Source: the human T2T-CHM13v2.0 reference genome, Homo sapiens. Taken from it: a stretch of DNA of 64,000 bases. The position numbers and the translations under genes were made by a program. Where the stretch lies: assembly GCF_009914755.1 (NCBI RefSeq), contig NC_060925.1; one strand, written 5' to 3'. The notes under the pieces were generated by a model. That model made no database searches. It was given only the letters and a program-made list of their open reading frames with translations, and was not told the origin of the DNA. Shown one piece after another: positions 25,871 through 38,689 of the stretch; position 1 is the first letter of the stretch; each line of letters opens with the position of its first letter.

Positions 25871-26985
25871 TATATTGATTTTAAGGACCAACCTGAAGTC
25901 TAAGAATATTCCCCAAGGAAATGGCACATTTTCCCACAGTTCTATGAGTTTAGCTCTGGTTCAGGGCATTTAACAAATTTTAGAAAAGCAGAACTCAGGG
26001 ATTATAGACAAGACTGCAGATTAGTTCATTATTTCAACTGAGATTTTTTTACCTCACCCTTTCTGTCATGCCCTGAGGTTACAGAAAATGTGCATAGAAC
26101 ATAAAACACTGAGCCCTCATACTATAGACAATTTGTAAGAGAAGGCAAAGTGATTTCTGATACTAAATGAAGGAATCAGAAAGTCACAAACACTATATCA
26201 GAATAGATAAAATTAGAAAATTGGGATAAAACCACTCAATAATGAGCAAATGAAAGAAATGGCTTGGCACAGCTATCTACAAAACCTAAAAGTGCTTTTT
26301 TTTTTTTTAAATTTAGAGTACAAAAGACAAAACCCAACTTTGAAGAAACAAAAACCAAAGGAATAGAAAAAAATATTTTTTATAAGCAATTCATGCTATG
26401 AAATTTAGTAAACTGTAATTGAATAAAACAAGAAATCAGAGAGATGACAGAAGAGCAGAAGGAGATTAAAATGGAGATTGCATACCAAGGAAACAAAGTG
26501 ACGATCAAAATAACATCACTTGAAATTACCAGTTGCCAAAGAGCCTGATCGGCTGATGCCCACTCACATTAGGGAGGACAAATGTATCTGTTATTAAACT
26601 TAGAAAGTAACCATTATTAATGATATGTTTGTATTACAATAAATGGATGCAAATCATTCAGGATTATACCTCTGATCATATTTACATCTCACACATGATA
26701 AAAACATTTTGGGGGTTGTGCATTACATAAATAATTTGACTGAAGAAATTGTTATGGTTACCCAAACAAAAACATTCATTTTTTCTTCAGTGGAGTAAAT
26801 TTTTTACTTTTCTTTTAATTATCTAAGACTCAGGAGGCAAGTGTGGAGTGTGAAAATAGCATGTGGCATTTGACATTTTGAAATTTGTTTTCTACAAAGT
26901 TCCATGAAAACAATAGCCTGCTACAACGCTCAGCCTGCAGGTCCAAGTCTGAGATTTGGACCACGAACAAAAGCTCAGTGTGATG

Positions 26986-26998
26986 AGGTTAATGACCT
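26986..26998. promoter_or_regulatory. IR1 nuclear-receptor element (FXR/RXR-type) AGGTTA-A-TGACCT
   Basis: One mismatch to AGGTCA-n-TGACCT, in repeat-free sequence; motif only, function untested. Confidence 0.35.
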
Positions 26999-29224
26999 GT
27001 ACAGACTAGACAGTTGGCAATTTACTCAGTCTTCTCGGTAGCATTTGTTCCACCCACTCCCTTCCCTGTTGGTTTCTTTGAGATTGCTACAAAAGTCGGG
27101 GAAAGCGCACATGTATAGCTGTGAGAAATAGCTTAAATTTTTCTACTTGCAGAAACTATATTTATCTAAACTGAAACTTGGCTTGCAAAGGTATTTGTAT
27201 TATGGCTCTGTCTGTTTGTCTACATTTCTTTAATTTATGCAGTATATGCTAATTACTTTTTTAACGTGAAAATATTTTGACACTGTTTTTCCTCGTTTCG
27301 TTGACTTCTTGAATAATTTCATGGTGAGGACGGCTCTGAGTCACATCTGCTCTTCGGGTTTCTAGGCTTTTATTTAGTGCATACATCCTTTAGTATTGGT
27401 GCTCAAGTTTCTTGCTTCTGGTTTTCTAAAACACTTTTAGTAAATTTAGATATTATAGAAGTTACTTTAGTTAATCTGATTTTTGTTAATTCTGGATAAT
27501 CACCACATCTGGATATTCAAAAAAGTAAGGGTACATATTTAGACTGATCAAATTTAGACTTCTTTATGTTGCAAGAACAAAACAAGATACTCAGTTTCGA
27601 GCTGAGGCAGGTCATTCAACAAAATTGAATCTACCTGACCCTCTCAGAAGCTGTATAATGTGTTTTATCTGTCACCAAAGAATGATCAAAAAGATGCAAG
27701 TTTTCTTTATACAAAGGGAAGCACCATGTGAATTCAGAGATAACACTTCGTACCTGCTCATCACTTTTAAAATCTACCTAAGATTTTACATGGGGAAGAA
27801 GACGTGTGTTTGTGAACTTGGGAAATGGATTTTGGAAGGTTTCATCTCTTCAATCTAATACATTTACAAGCTTTCTAAAATCAAATGCCACAACCTAGAT
27901 AGTGTTCACCCCTGCAGATGTGGCCCTTTCTTTGCCATTGCCCAGTATACATCATATCCCTTATCAACATCCTTTTCTGACAAAGCATCACTCTAAAGGG
28001 CCATTTAAGTGATTGACAAGAGAAGACGATCACATAATTCAGAAAGGGTCTTGTTGACTAATCACTTTTCTACACAGTTGATAAATACTTATGGTTTCTT
28101 GAGCTAGTATATCTGAAACATTTTATTTACCATTACTATTAGGAAATGTTCCCAGGTACAATGGGAGTATTATAGTTCTTGCTGCTACTAGCTTGATATC
28201 TGGCCTACCAGAAATTTAGAAAAAAAGTGGAAGAGCAGCGCCGATTTTTCTCAGGGTACACTGAAGCGGCCTTTGCTATAGCTGTGAGATTTTAGAAAGC
28301 ATTTTCTAAGACATCTATCTTAAACAGACAAGACCATTTTAAATTAGACTCATTAAATCATTTGTTGTCACAGCCAACAGCCGTGTGGAGGCTAGTTAAC
28401 AAATGAAAAATGAGCCTTTCTAACTTGTTTACTTTATATGGATGCTTCTTTTGTTTCGTTTTTTTTTTTTTTTTTTACTTCTGGTAGCACATTGACACAG
28501 GGGATCTTGTTATGGTATTGCCTGACAAAAATTAAAAATGTGAAGGTTGAAAATACTATAGGTGTAATGCCCAAGTTTACATAAAATACCAGTGAAGTTC
28601 CTATTGATAGTGAATCTTGGGTCTGTCTTCTAATTCAAGGAAGGCAACCAATTAAAACCTCATTTACTTTGCCAAAAAGGTAACACAGAATCACTTCAGA
28701 AACATAAGATTCTTGGCACAGGTAAAAGAATATGATGATCTAAAATTCATTTCTAAATTTTTGCTTCTAGCCCCTGGCCTACCAGCTCAAGGTTGTTCCC
28801 AGCAACATAGACTAAAGTGTCTTTGTTCATTTATTTATTGGTTGGTTTGTTCATTCATTCAGTCACTCACCAGTCTGCTTTTAAAGTTTACAATGGATGA
28901 AAGTTACCTTTTCAAGTTCATTGACATGTTGTTTGTCTTTGCTATTTGTTATGAATTAATCTTAATTTCAGTTTACAAATATTCTCTTCTTATTGTAGGT
29001 TGGGATTTTGGGGCATTTTTCATACTATTGCTTTTTTAGCTATGGTCTAGAAAAAAATACATGCTGCCTTTGTTGTTTGTTTTATTGTTCATTTTAGGAA
29101 TCTTGTTTAAAGTTTCTTTACTTTTATTTTCTAATAGCTTTTGCCTAATGTGTTGCTTAGTCATAAGTGAAATGGAATAGTACTTTTTGGTTAGCCTTGT
29201 GTAATTCTGTGTATCTCAGAGCTT

Positions 29225-29402
29225 GCAGCAGGGAAATGTTAATGATAAAAAGAACTTTGGAATTTGGTAGATAAAGGTTTGACTCACCTCCACCAGTTTT
29301 CTCATATGTAAAATGCAGATAATAAACCCTTTAGGAGTTAAATTGAAGACAAAATGAAACAAAGATAAAGTTCATGGAACCTAATAGACACTCAATAAAT
29401 GT
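29225..29402 (+). mobile_element. MIR SINE
   Basis: cagttttctcatatgtaaaatgcagataataa...aatagacactcaataaatgt. Confidence 0.7.
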
Positions 29403-29614
29403 CCCATCTACTCAGGAAACTTAAACAAACAAACAAACCTATTCTGAATTATCAAATGGTGTCTAGGCAATAGTGCCTTGTATTTGCCATTAGTCCCTTT
29501 AAGTGTCTCAGCTTTCATTTGATTAATGATTCTAGCCAGCTGAATTGTATGTGAATGTTTGTATTTTAAAAAGAATTCAAATCAATTTTCAAGTTTTAAG
29601 AGACTTAGATTTTT

Positions 29615-29936
29615 ACAATTTTTTATTTTTTAACTTTTGTTTTAGGTTCAGGGGTACATGTGCAAGATGTGCAAGTTTGTTACATAAACATGTTTCATGG
29701 GGGTTGGTTGTACAGATTATTTCATCACCCAATTATTAAACCTAGTACCCATTATTTATATTTCCTGCTTCTCTCCCTCATCCCACCTTCAATCCTCTCA
29801 TAGGCCCCAGTGTGTGTTGTTCCCCTCTCTGTGTCCGTGTGTTCTCATTATTTAGCTCTCACTTAAGAGTAAGAACATGTGGTATTTGGTTTTTTGTTCC
29901 TGCATTAGTTTGCTAAGAATAAAGGCTTCCAGCTCC
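29615..29936 (-). mobile_element. L1PA13-16-type 3' end, 5'-truncated
   Basis: ttttaggttcaggggtacatgtgcaag...tacagattatttcatcaccc; TSD TAGATTTTT at 29606 and 29937. Confidence 0.9.
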
Positions 29937-30394
29937 TAGATTTTTGACATAATCAATATTAATTGAGAATTGGGTTTTTACTGACACTTGTAATAAGATT
30001 CAGTTTGGAATTATCTACAGTTCCATAAATATAAGATGAATTTTCTTTATCAGGTTATTAGTAATGATGTTAAATAAGCACAAAGCTCACAACAACCCTG
30101 GAATTAGTACTTTAAACACGCCTGCAATTTAATTTATTCCTTTTCATCATTGATATATCTTGTAGTCTCGCTGTCAGTTTGCTTTGTAAGTGATGTTACA
30201 GAAAACAGATTTGAACTAATTCCTCAGATTATTGAACTTTCTTTAAATTTCTCATTAACTCATAAAATCTACATGCTATTTATTTAGTCATTCCCCCCAT
30301 CTATCCAAGATTTTATCATTCTAAATTTCTTCCCAATTTTCTTGATTTTCCAGTTTGAGCTAGACATACCTCTACAAGTAGCAAGTCTTGTATT

Positions 30395-31250
30395 CACTTA
30401 GCCAATACGTATGTAGCAAATGCCTACCATGTATCAGGCATTCTTAGCACTGGAGAGAAAGCAATGAATAAAACATGCTCCCTAACTTCTTGAAAGTTAC
30501 ATTTTAGTGGGGAAAGTCCAATGCTTATTATATAAGTAAATAAGTAAACAATCTGATTTGAAACAGTGATAAGCACTGTAGAGAAAATGAAACATGGCAA
30601 TGGGATAAGAATTTGGTGAGTGGTAGTTCAGGGTATCATTTTAGCTAAGATAGTCTGAAAAGGCTTGTCAGAAGAGGTGAGACCTAAATAATGAGAAAGG
30701 AAGAGTATTATAGTCAGAAGAGCTGCAAGTTCAAAGGACCCAAGATGGCAATGGGTTTGGCCTTTCTGAAGAATGAAAAGAAGGCTAGTGTGGCTGGGGT
30801 GAGGTTGATAAAGTAGAGCATGATGGAAACTGATGTTGATGCGGTAGGTGGGGGTCAGGTCGTGTGGAGCTAGCAGGGCATGGTAATATGTTTAGATTTT
30901 TTTTCTAAAGGCAATGAAAATATTTGGGATGGTTTTAAGCACCAGAATAGATGAATCTGATCTGTACTTTGAGAAGATTATATTGGCTGTCATGTGGAGA
31001 ATAGACTGGGGATTGTGAAGTGGGCAAGAGTTGAGACAAGGAGACTGGTTAGGAGGCTACTGCAGTAGTAGAAGTGAGAAATAATGGTGGCTTGGACTAA
31101 AGATTTAAAGAATGGAGCTACAGAACTGAGAAAGATTTGGGGGACAGTGCCATTAGGACTTGCTGATAAGTTGGATGTGGGAGATAATGGAAAGAGTGGC
31201 ACCAGGAGAGAATGAAAGCTACATGGCAAGTGCCATTCAGTACTTGGCTG
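30395..31250 (-). mobile_element. L2a LINE 3' portion
   Basis: tgcctaccatgtatcaggca...aggaggctactgcagtag...gtggcttggactaa...ggatgtggg. Confidence 0.85.
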
Positions 31251-31264
31251 TCCTTTTATATCAC

Positions 31265-31385
31265 TTTATAATCTCCTAAAGAGCCTGGAAGCTCCTTGAA
31301 AATAGCAACCTTTCCTATTTATCTTTGGATAGCCAATACCATTATATAGTTATTGCTTGGTAAGTATTTGTGGAATGAATAGAAG
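31265..31385 (+). mobile_element. L2 3' tail
   Basis: gaagctccttgaaaatagc...gtaagtatttgtggaatgaat. Confidence 0.6.
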
Positions 31386-31728
31386 ATATGGAGGTAAGCC
31401 TAAAATTATTCAACTTGACAGAATAATAGCTGCTGTGTTAAAAACCATTTACAGGGCATGTGATGTGATATAAGAATAAAGGGTACAACTTCTTGGCAAC
31501 ATACTTTATGGAATAGTATGATTCACCAGATTCACAGAAGGAAGTTTATAGTACAGAAAGAAACTAAAATTTTACAGGAGAAAAGCAAGTGTAAAACACA
31601 ACTTCTTATCTGAATGTTTTAAAGTTCAAACTAGATAAGTTGCATGTCCTCTAATCTTATTTGTTTTAAAGAAAAATATAGTTACCTTATATCTTAAACT
31701 GCTATATGTGATATTGGAAAGTCAATCT

Positions 31729-32205
31729 CTATCAATCAGATGACTTTTCATTACAAGTGACCTAAGCCCACATCTAAGTTTAGAAAGTGAGAATGCTTAC
31801 TGGCTCACATAACAGAAAAGTTCAGGATAAAATCTCACTTGAGAAAGGACTTACATAGAATTTAAATGATGTTACTAGGGCTTTCTTCTTATTTTATAGC
31901 TTTATTCTTTACTCTTGCTGTGTCTTTATTCTCAAATGGTTACAAAATGGCAGCATCAATTCAAGACCTCACATTCTCTGATTTTCAGGTTAAAATGAAT
32001 AATGAAAGGAAAGGGAGAGCGTCTCTCTTTACAATGCTGGAACAGATGTCTTGAGTCTGCCTCCTGATGACTTAATTTATGTCATGTGCTCAGCCCTAAA
32101 CCAATCCCTGTGGCAGAAGTGAAGTGGCTGTGAAAAGAACTGGGGGTAGTATTGAGAAGAAAAGTAGAAAATGACAGGTCAAAATATAACAAATGTCCGC
32201 TACCA
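31729..32205 (-). mobile_element. MLT1K/L-like MaLR LTR
   Basis: tggctcacataacagaaaagttcagg...caaaatggcagca...gtcatgtgctcagccctaaaccaatccctgtggc. Confidence 0.65.
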
Positions 32206-32254
32206 AAAATAATGTTTTCCTGTCAATTTTTAAGCATGTGTGTATGGTTTCAAT

Positions 32255-32393
32255 GTATTATTAAAAGTATGTGTGTGTATACATATACATATACGAATCT
32301 AATGTATTCTATATACATATGTATACTCATACTGTATGCATTTATACATATTATAGATATCCATATATGTAATATCTATATTTTGAGTATATG
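32255..32393. repeat. Degenerate (TA/TG/CA)n simple repeat
   Basis: gtgtgtgtatacatatacatatacg... Confidence 0.75.
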
Positions 32394-34064
32394 AAATAAA
32401 GCTACAAGAACTCTCCACTTTTTCTATGTCCCTGGGGCTTAATTCTGTGCCTAATATAGATACTCAATAATACTTTTTGAATGAATAAGCAAACATGAGC
32501 TGTCCCTTAACCTTACAGTAATCTCTGCTGGACTTCTCTATCAAAGTGTTTGATGCAGCAAAGTAAGAATTTCTATGCATGTATATAAATAATTTGGAAA
32601 ACTATTCATAGACTACCAAAATAATGTGAAGAAGATATTGTTAGATTCAATTACAGCATCCTGGGAAGGTTTTACAAGTTGAGATTTTGGCCTGAATCTT
32701 AAATTTTGGATTCTTTTTGATCTCTTTCACCTTTTAGGTATAAAATAAACACCATATTTCCTATGGCATTTCAGAGAACTGAACTTGATAATTCTGGCAA
32801 TGCTATTTTGCTCTTTCAAGACATTCAACAGCAAGCACATATGTGTCTGACTAAATGTCACTGTGCTTGAGGTTCTATAATTTGGATTTGGAAGCTGGCA
32901 AAGGGAGAAGAGAGACAGAACTTTTTCAATTCTTGTTACCCTGTCCCATGATGTTTCTTTGTTCATTTGATTTTAATGATTCCAGCAGGAGTTGAAACAA
33001 AAGCTGGAAGATCGGCCTACCATGGGTTAATTACTTAGTGGAGGGGCTATTTCTTGAGTCTGATGGTGGAGAATGGGTCAGAAAAGACTAATTAGACAAG
33101 CTTCAAGTTATAGGGAAATGCTAGTGGAACAGGTGAAAATAAACTGGTGATAATTGAGGGGCTAATTATCCTCCACCCAGCAATTGGCCACCAGGTGTTC
33201 TGCAGCACATAAAAGAACTGGCAGAGCCACAGAGGCTGTTTTTGTTCAAAGAAACAAGGAGATTTTGGGGGAAAAAAATCAGAGGACTTGAAAAAAAACA
33301 TAAAATGGTGTTCCTTATGTTTCTGACTTGTTCGTTCCTGTTGCATTGTGTAGAAAACTGAACCAAGGATATGCACTGGAGTTTTGTTTTGTTTTTAAAG
33401 AACTCGTAGGTCTTCTAGTATGGATAGTGCAGAGGAATTTCAGTGTTGAGTATACATCTACATATGTCCTTGTAATTGAATTTATGGTAACAATATGCAT
33501 GGCACATTATTAGGTAGAAAGTTTACTGGCATTTAGAAATCCATGACTAAAAATAGAATGGGGAACAACCAATCTGAATTGCTACAAGCAACTGTTTTGT
33601 AATTAGCAATCTCTCTCTTATTTGGGCTAAATTGGAATATGGTGAGAGTTCTTAGAATATACTTAGTGGTGTCAGGGATATTACCAACATATCCCATAAA
33701 GGATCTTTCGAATCTTTTTTATTGTTCTAATTTGTCATTTTATTAAAAACCAGCATTCAGAATTCAGTAACTTAAACAGAACTATCTTTAAGATGGGACT
33801 TTGTAGGCAACGTAGATCAACTGAAAGAATGAATACCTGGGGTTAATGATTACCATTAAAATAATATAACATTTGATTCATATATGTCTACAAGTTGGAG
33901 AGAGCATGACAAAGGTAGAAAATATTTTTAAATGGCCAAAGGAGCTCCCTTTAGTGACACTGCTCTGGCCTAGGGCAGCTATGCTGCAGAATAAACATAT
34001 GTTTTCAGGCCTAGAGAATTTTATTTTTTTGCCTGTCATTCCCTTGGCTCTGTCATTTCCCTTG

Positions 34065-34250
34065 GTAGGCAGAGCAATTTAAGTGTGATTTTGAAACTGG
34101 ATGTGAATCATAGCTCTACTACTTACCAGTGCTATGACTTTGAGTAAAGATCTTAAATTTGCTGACTTTTGGGTTTTCTCATCTGTAAAAGAGGTAATGA
34201 TTACTGCCTTGTAGGGAACTTGTAAGGACTAAATAAGATGTAAAGTGCTT
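34065..34250 (+). mobile_element. MIR SINE
   Basis: agctctactacttaccagtgctatgactttgagtaa...ttttctcatctgtaaaag...aggactaaataagatg. Confidence 0.75.
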
Positions 34251-34252
34251 TT

Positions 34253-35550
34253 TGTATCATTAGGATTTAAACCGAAAAATGAAACCACTGCATAGGGTAT
34301 GAACACCACGAGTGTATTTTACAGGGAAATGAACACAGAGAATATATTACAAATGTGATGAAAAAGATGAGAAGCCAAAGAGGGAACAATTAGGTAAGTT
34401 GGTGGTTAGTAACAGCAGTATGCAAGGATAAGGAGAGGAGCCAATATTACCTAGAGCTCAGGATTACTTTGACCTAGGCAAACTGGAACCACAGCTAATA
34501 TGTTTGGTGGTGAAGTAGAAAATTTTCCTTGACCCCTTCATGGGACTCATGAAGTGGGTGGCTCGTTTACTTAGCCCACAGCTCTCAGCCCCTCACAGGA
34601 GGGGGAGCACGCAGGTAATTGGGTGCAGCAGCTAGGACAAATGCTTCTTAGCGCTGTCAGGAGCAGAACTCTGTGCTGCCCCATGGTAGCATCTAATGGG
34701 GTACCCGCAACCCCCAGAGCCCCAGACGGTGTGTGTTACAGTGCACTCTTTTAGCTTTGCCATCTGCAGACGGCTTAAGTGTTTAATAACTCAGTGTGAC
34801 AGCCTTCTGTATCCTGAGCTCTTGTTCGGTGTCCAGGAAGTATCAGGTCACATGAATGAACTGAAGATGGTAAATGTGGGAAATTTTATTGCTGATGAAA
34901 ATGGCTCTCAGTGGGATGGAGAGCTGGAAAGGGGATGGACCGTGAAGATGGTCTTCTCCTGGAGTTTGCCTGTCCCTGGGCAAAATCTTCTCTGAGGTCT
35001 CGCTGTCAAGCCACCCCTCTGAAGTCAAGCTGCTTCTTCTCTTCTCTTCTCATCTATTATTCTGCTGCCAATGGAGCCCGGGGTTTTTATGGGTACAGGA
35101 TGTGGGGCAGGGTGGCCAGGGTGGTTTTGGAAAAGGCAACATTTAAGCAGGAAAACAGGGATGTAAAGTTCTCACTTTGGGCCGCGGGTCCAGGCTGGAG
35201 GGTGGGGCCCTCTCTGGGGACCACCTTCTTTTATCCAGTATTTCCCTGCCTCCTGTCTGTATCAGTGGGAATCATGGAGGACACATTAACAGTGACACTC
35301 CAGGAAGGAAAGAGACACAAGGAGAAATATCCTGCTAACCCCCTTGTTTCACCCCCCAATCTCTATCCTGTGCCTCCCATCTGCTTTTCTCAGGCTCCTA
35401 TGTCCAGTAGGACATGAGACACCGGCTCCAGTGCGACATGGGAGCCTGAGAAAAGCAGCAGCCTAATGGATACAACTCCCCTAAGACACAGAATGAACAG
35501 AGGAGAGGCAAAGAATGCCTCAGACAGTGATAGTTTAAAGGCTGGTACTC
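34253..35550 (-). mobile_element. LTR33-like ERVL LTR split by MER50
   Basis: ggttagtaacagcag...tacctagagctcagg on the left; ggagaaatatcctg...cctgtgcctcccat on the right; diverged. Confidence 0.5.
34511..35264 (-). mobile_element. MER50-family ERV1 solo LTR (754 bp)
   Basis: Minus strand begins TGatacagacaggaggcagggaaatactgg and ends ...ctacttCA; 4-bp TSD GTGG at 34507-34510 and 35265-35268. Confidence 0.88.
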
Positions 35551-36155
35551 GTGACATGTTGCCTGCTATGTAGTTACTACCTCAGTGAGGTGTCTTTGAA
35601 TCCGTGTCCTTTCCTTCCTTGGTCTTTTCCCTCCCCCATTTCCCTACCCTACCTTCCCCCACCTTTTAAAGGTGCCTGAGAGAGGTCAGAGAAGAAATTT
35701 CAGCTGCTGCCTGTAGCCTGTATTTTCTCTGATGCTTCCCCTTATGCTAATGACCTCCTTGGACCCCATCTCTTTTCTTCCATTTTTTTTTTCTGAGAGG
35801 AAATAATTTAGCTTTTAGATGAATGCAGAGAGTGAGGATTTTCTGAATGACCACTCACCTTTCTTCCTTCCCCTCAGGAGACCCTTCCAGGTTCCCAATT
35901 TTTCATCTTAAATCCAGGGAACTTGATTTACTTTAAAAGCACACATCCAAATTATTTAATCATGTTAGGTGCTAGAAAACCCTACCATAACTGGCTTTGA
36001 TCAACTTAACTCTTCAGAATAGTGCCCATGCCTAATTAAAGCAAGACCATTTTTTAAATCACTGCTGAAAAATCAAGAAACTTTATTCTTGATCCCTGGC
36101 TGACATTTATTACAGAGTTCTTAACAGGCTTATGTATCTGGTTTCCTGCCCTCAG

Positions 36156-36230
36156 CAGGTCGTCAAAACTGAAAGCATTGTAGGGGATGAGGAGAATGAG
36201 AACAATACAAAAATAGACACATCCTTAAAG
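36156..36230 (+). other. Candidate exon (75 or 72 nt)
   Basis: Branch-like CTTAAC, pyrimidine tract, CAGCAG acceptor, AAG|GTAAGC donor; no transcript evidence. Confidence 0.3.
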
Positions 36231-37112
36231 GTAAGCCTGGTTTTGCTGGAAAAACATCAAGAAAGGAAGATGGAGAGCCAAAATTAACCAAGCTGTATTC
36301 CCTTGATAGCCTGCATGTTGTGAATGACTGTTTTGAATAAAGAAATACTGAATTATTCTCAGCATCTTCTAGTTAAGGAAACAGTATACATCGTGAAAGA
36401 TTTTGATCCCCAAAATGGTTAAAGATTTGACTTATTACGAAGTAAGCTTCAATTATGTGAGTAATTATCTACTCTGGGTGACTTTGGCCTTCTTTTATCC
36501 CATTTAAAATAAGGTATTATTGTATAGCAAAGACGGCTTTTCATTTTCTTTTTATAAAATGTTGCCCCACCTAGAATCATCAAAGGTTTATAACTTTCTA
36601 AAAGCTGAATGAAAGACCAGATAACATTTGTATTATAAAATAGATCAGTTTTTCATTTTTATGTATTTAATATGTATGTAGAAATTAGACATTCAAGATC
36701 AGAGAAAGACTACAATCGCCTTTCCCTTTTATTGTTGTTCAAGTACCCATCTAAGCAGTCCCCAGACTTAGAACTAGGCATTAGGAAAGGCATCTGTGGA
36801 GTGGGGAGTCATGGGGATGAAAGGTTAAAGATAAGAGAACTCTGAATGTGGATTTTAATCCACTGGGGAAGCTGTCAGCAGCATAATTAGAAGAATAAGC
36901 TGCACAGGAACCATGTAAAATCCAGCTGCTAAACCACAGCCTATGACAATTTAGAAAACTCATCTTCTTTAGCTTTAAAATAAAAGCTTTTCCCACATCA
37001 AGGACTGTTTGGAGAATATGTCTTCTGTAAGCTGTGCATAAAGACCAACATAAGATTACTGAAAGAAGAATACAGCATATCTCATTGCGGATACATTTCC
37101 AAATTACAATAG

Positions 37113-37430
<318 letters not shown>

Positions 37431-38071
37431 CCCCCCCTTTTTTTTTTTTTTTTTTTTTACAGTGTTCTGTCTTGTTAACTCTTCAGTGGTTTGAATTTCC
37501 TGATTTTGTATGGCTCATGCATTCCTACTTTTTGAAAAGGTACTTAGCCAAAGTCTAAAATGTCTGGGAAGAAGAGTCAGCAGTGGTTTTATTTAGTCAG
37601 CTCCGATGGCCACCAATTCCCAAGAGAAAAGACAGGCAAATAAATCAGCTGAGTATTATACTAAAACATCTAGACAGGCCAAACAGTCGATTACTGGGAA
37701 AAGCAGCACATCTCGGGGTGGAGGGAATGGTGAGAAAAAGGAGATTATAGATTCTAAGCTGAAGTAGTAAATTTTCTAAACACTGTAAGCTTTTAGGAGA
37801 ACATTTTATGTTTCTATTAGTTAAGTTTTATTATTGTTGTTTGCAAGTATCACAGTTTATGCAAGCTAGTGAGACAAATAAGTTTATTGATATACCAATT
37901 TTTGGTTGCTCTTCTTTAACATTTTTTTTTTTGCACTTCAAATAGATAGCTAAAGTCTTTATATTTTGTATCAAAGTCATGTCTAGGACTTAAATTAGAA
38001 GCTTCTTGAAGGCAACACCCCTTCCTATCTTTTGTGAAAGCCTAAACTCCTTGAAGAGATTATTCCACGGG

Positions 38072-38148
38072 AGGAGAGAGAAGAGAATGCCTCTGAGAGA
38101 ATTTAGAAGAGAGAGAGGGACAGAGAGAGAGAGAAAGAGAAAGAGAGA
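38072..38148. repeat. (GA)n-rich simple repeat
   Basis: gagagagggacagagagagagagaaagagaaagagaga. Confidence 0.85.
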
Positions 38149-38689
38149 TTTTTTTTTCCCTTTTTCAATATAGTAAAAAAATAGACTTAGTGGGTCCCTG
38201 GTATTAGGGACATGCTGAATTACTGTGACAGTGACATCAGAAGGGGTATGACCTCAAATGAGATTGCATTATGGTCACTGCTGGAGCTTAGACCCAAGAC
38301 ATGAGACCATCCACTAAAGTTTCACAGACACCACACTTGGCAGGGAAGCAGCTGTGCCCCCAAATCCCAAGAAACCCTGAGGACTGAGAAAAGGTGTTTC
38401 AGCAGTAACCCATGTCAACCAGTGACCAATTACTAAAGGAGCCTTCCTAACCCAATAGCATTGCCAAATACTTTAGGACCTTTATAACACTAGGTGGTTG
38501 TGAGAGTGTGAGCAATAACAAATGAGATAAAATTCCAGGCAGTATAATGGGATAAGAGCTGGGAGATGGGTTTAGGTGAACTTAGCAAAATAAATAAGCT
38601 TTGATATTTCTTACAGTTTACTAAGCTTTAGACCTACTAAGGCAGAAATCAACAATTTATCAAAAGAAAGGAATGATATTCTAGCCTTA

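Noticed and set aside
26980-27070. C-box GTGATGA suggesting a C/D snoRNA
   Set aside because: No CTGA D box or terminal stem at a suitable distance
27114-28289. Exact 13-mer TATAGCTGTGAGA present twice
   Set aside because: About one such nearby match is expected by chance in 64 kb, and it does not extend
33185-33202. CTCF-like TGGCCACCAGGTGTTCTG
   Set aside because: Lacks the conserved GGC at the 3' end of the core
34911-35417. Longest ORF (168 aa)
   Set aside because: Antisense read-through of the GC-rich MER50 LTR into the flanking LTR; not a gene
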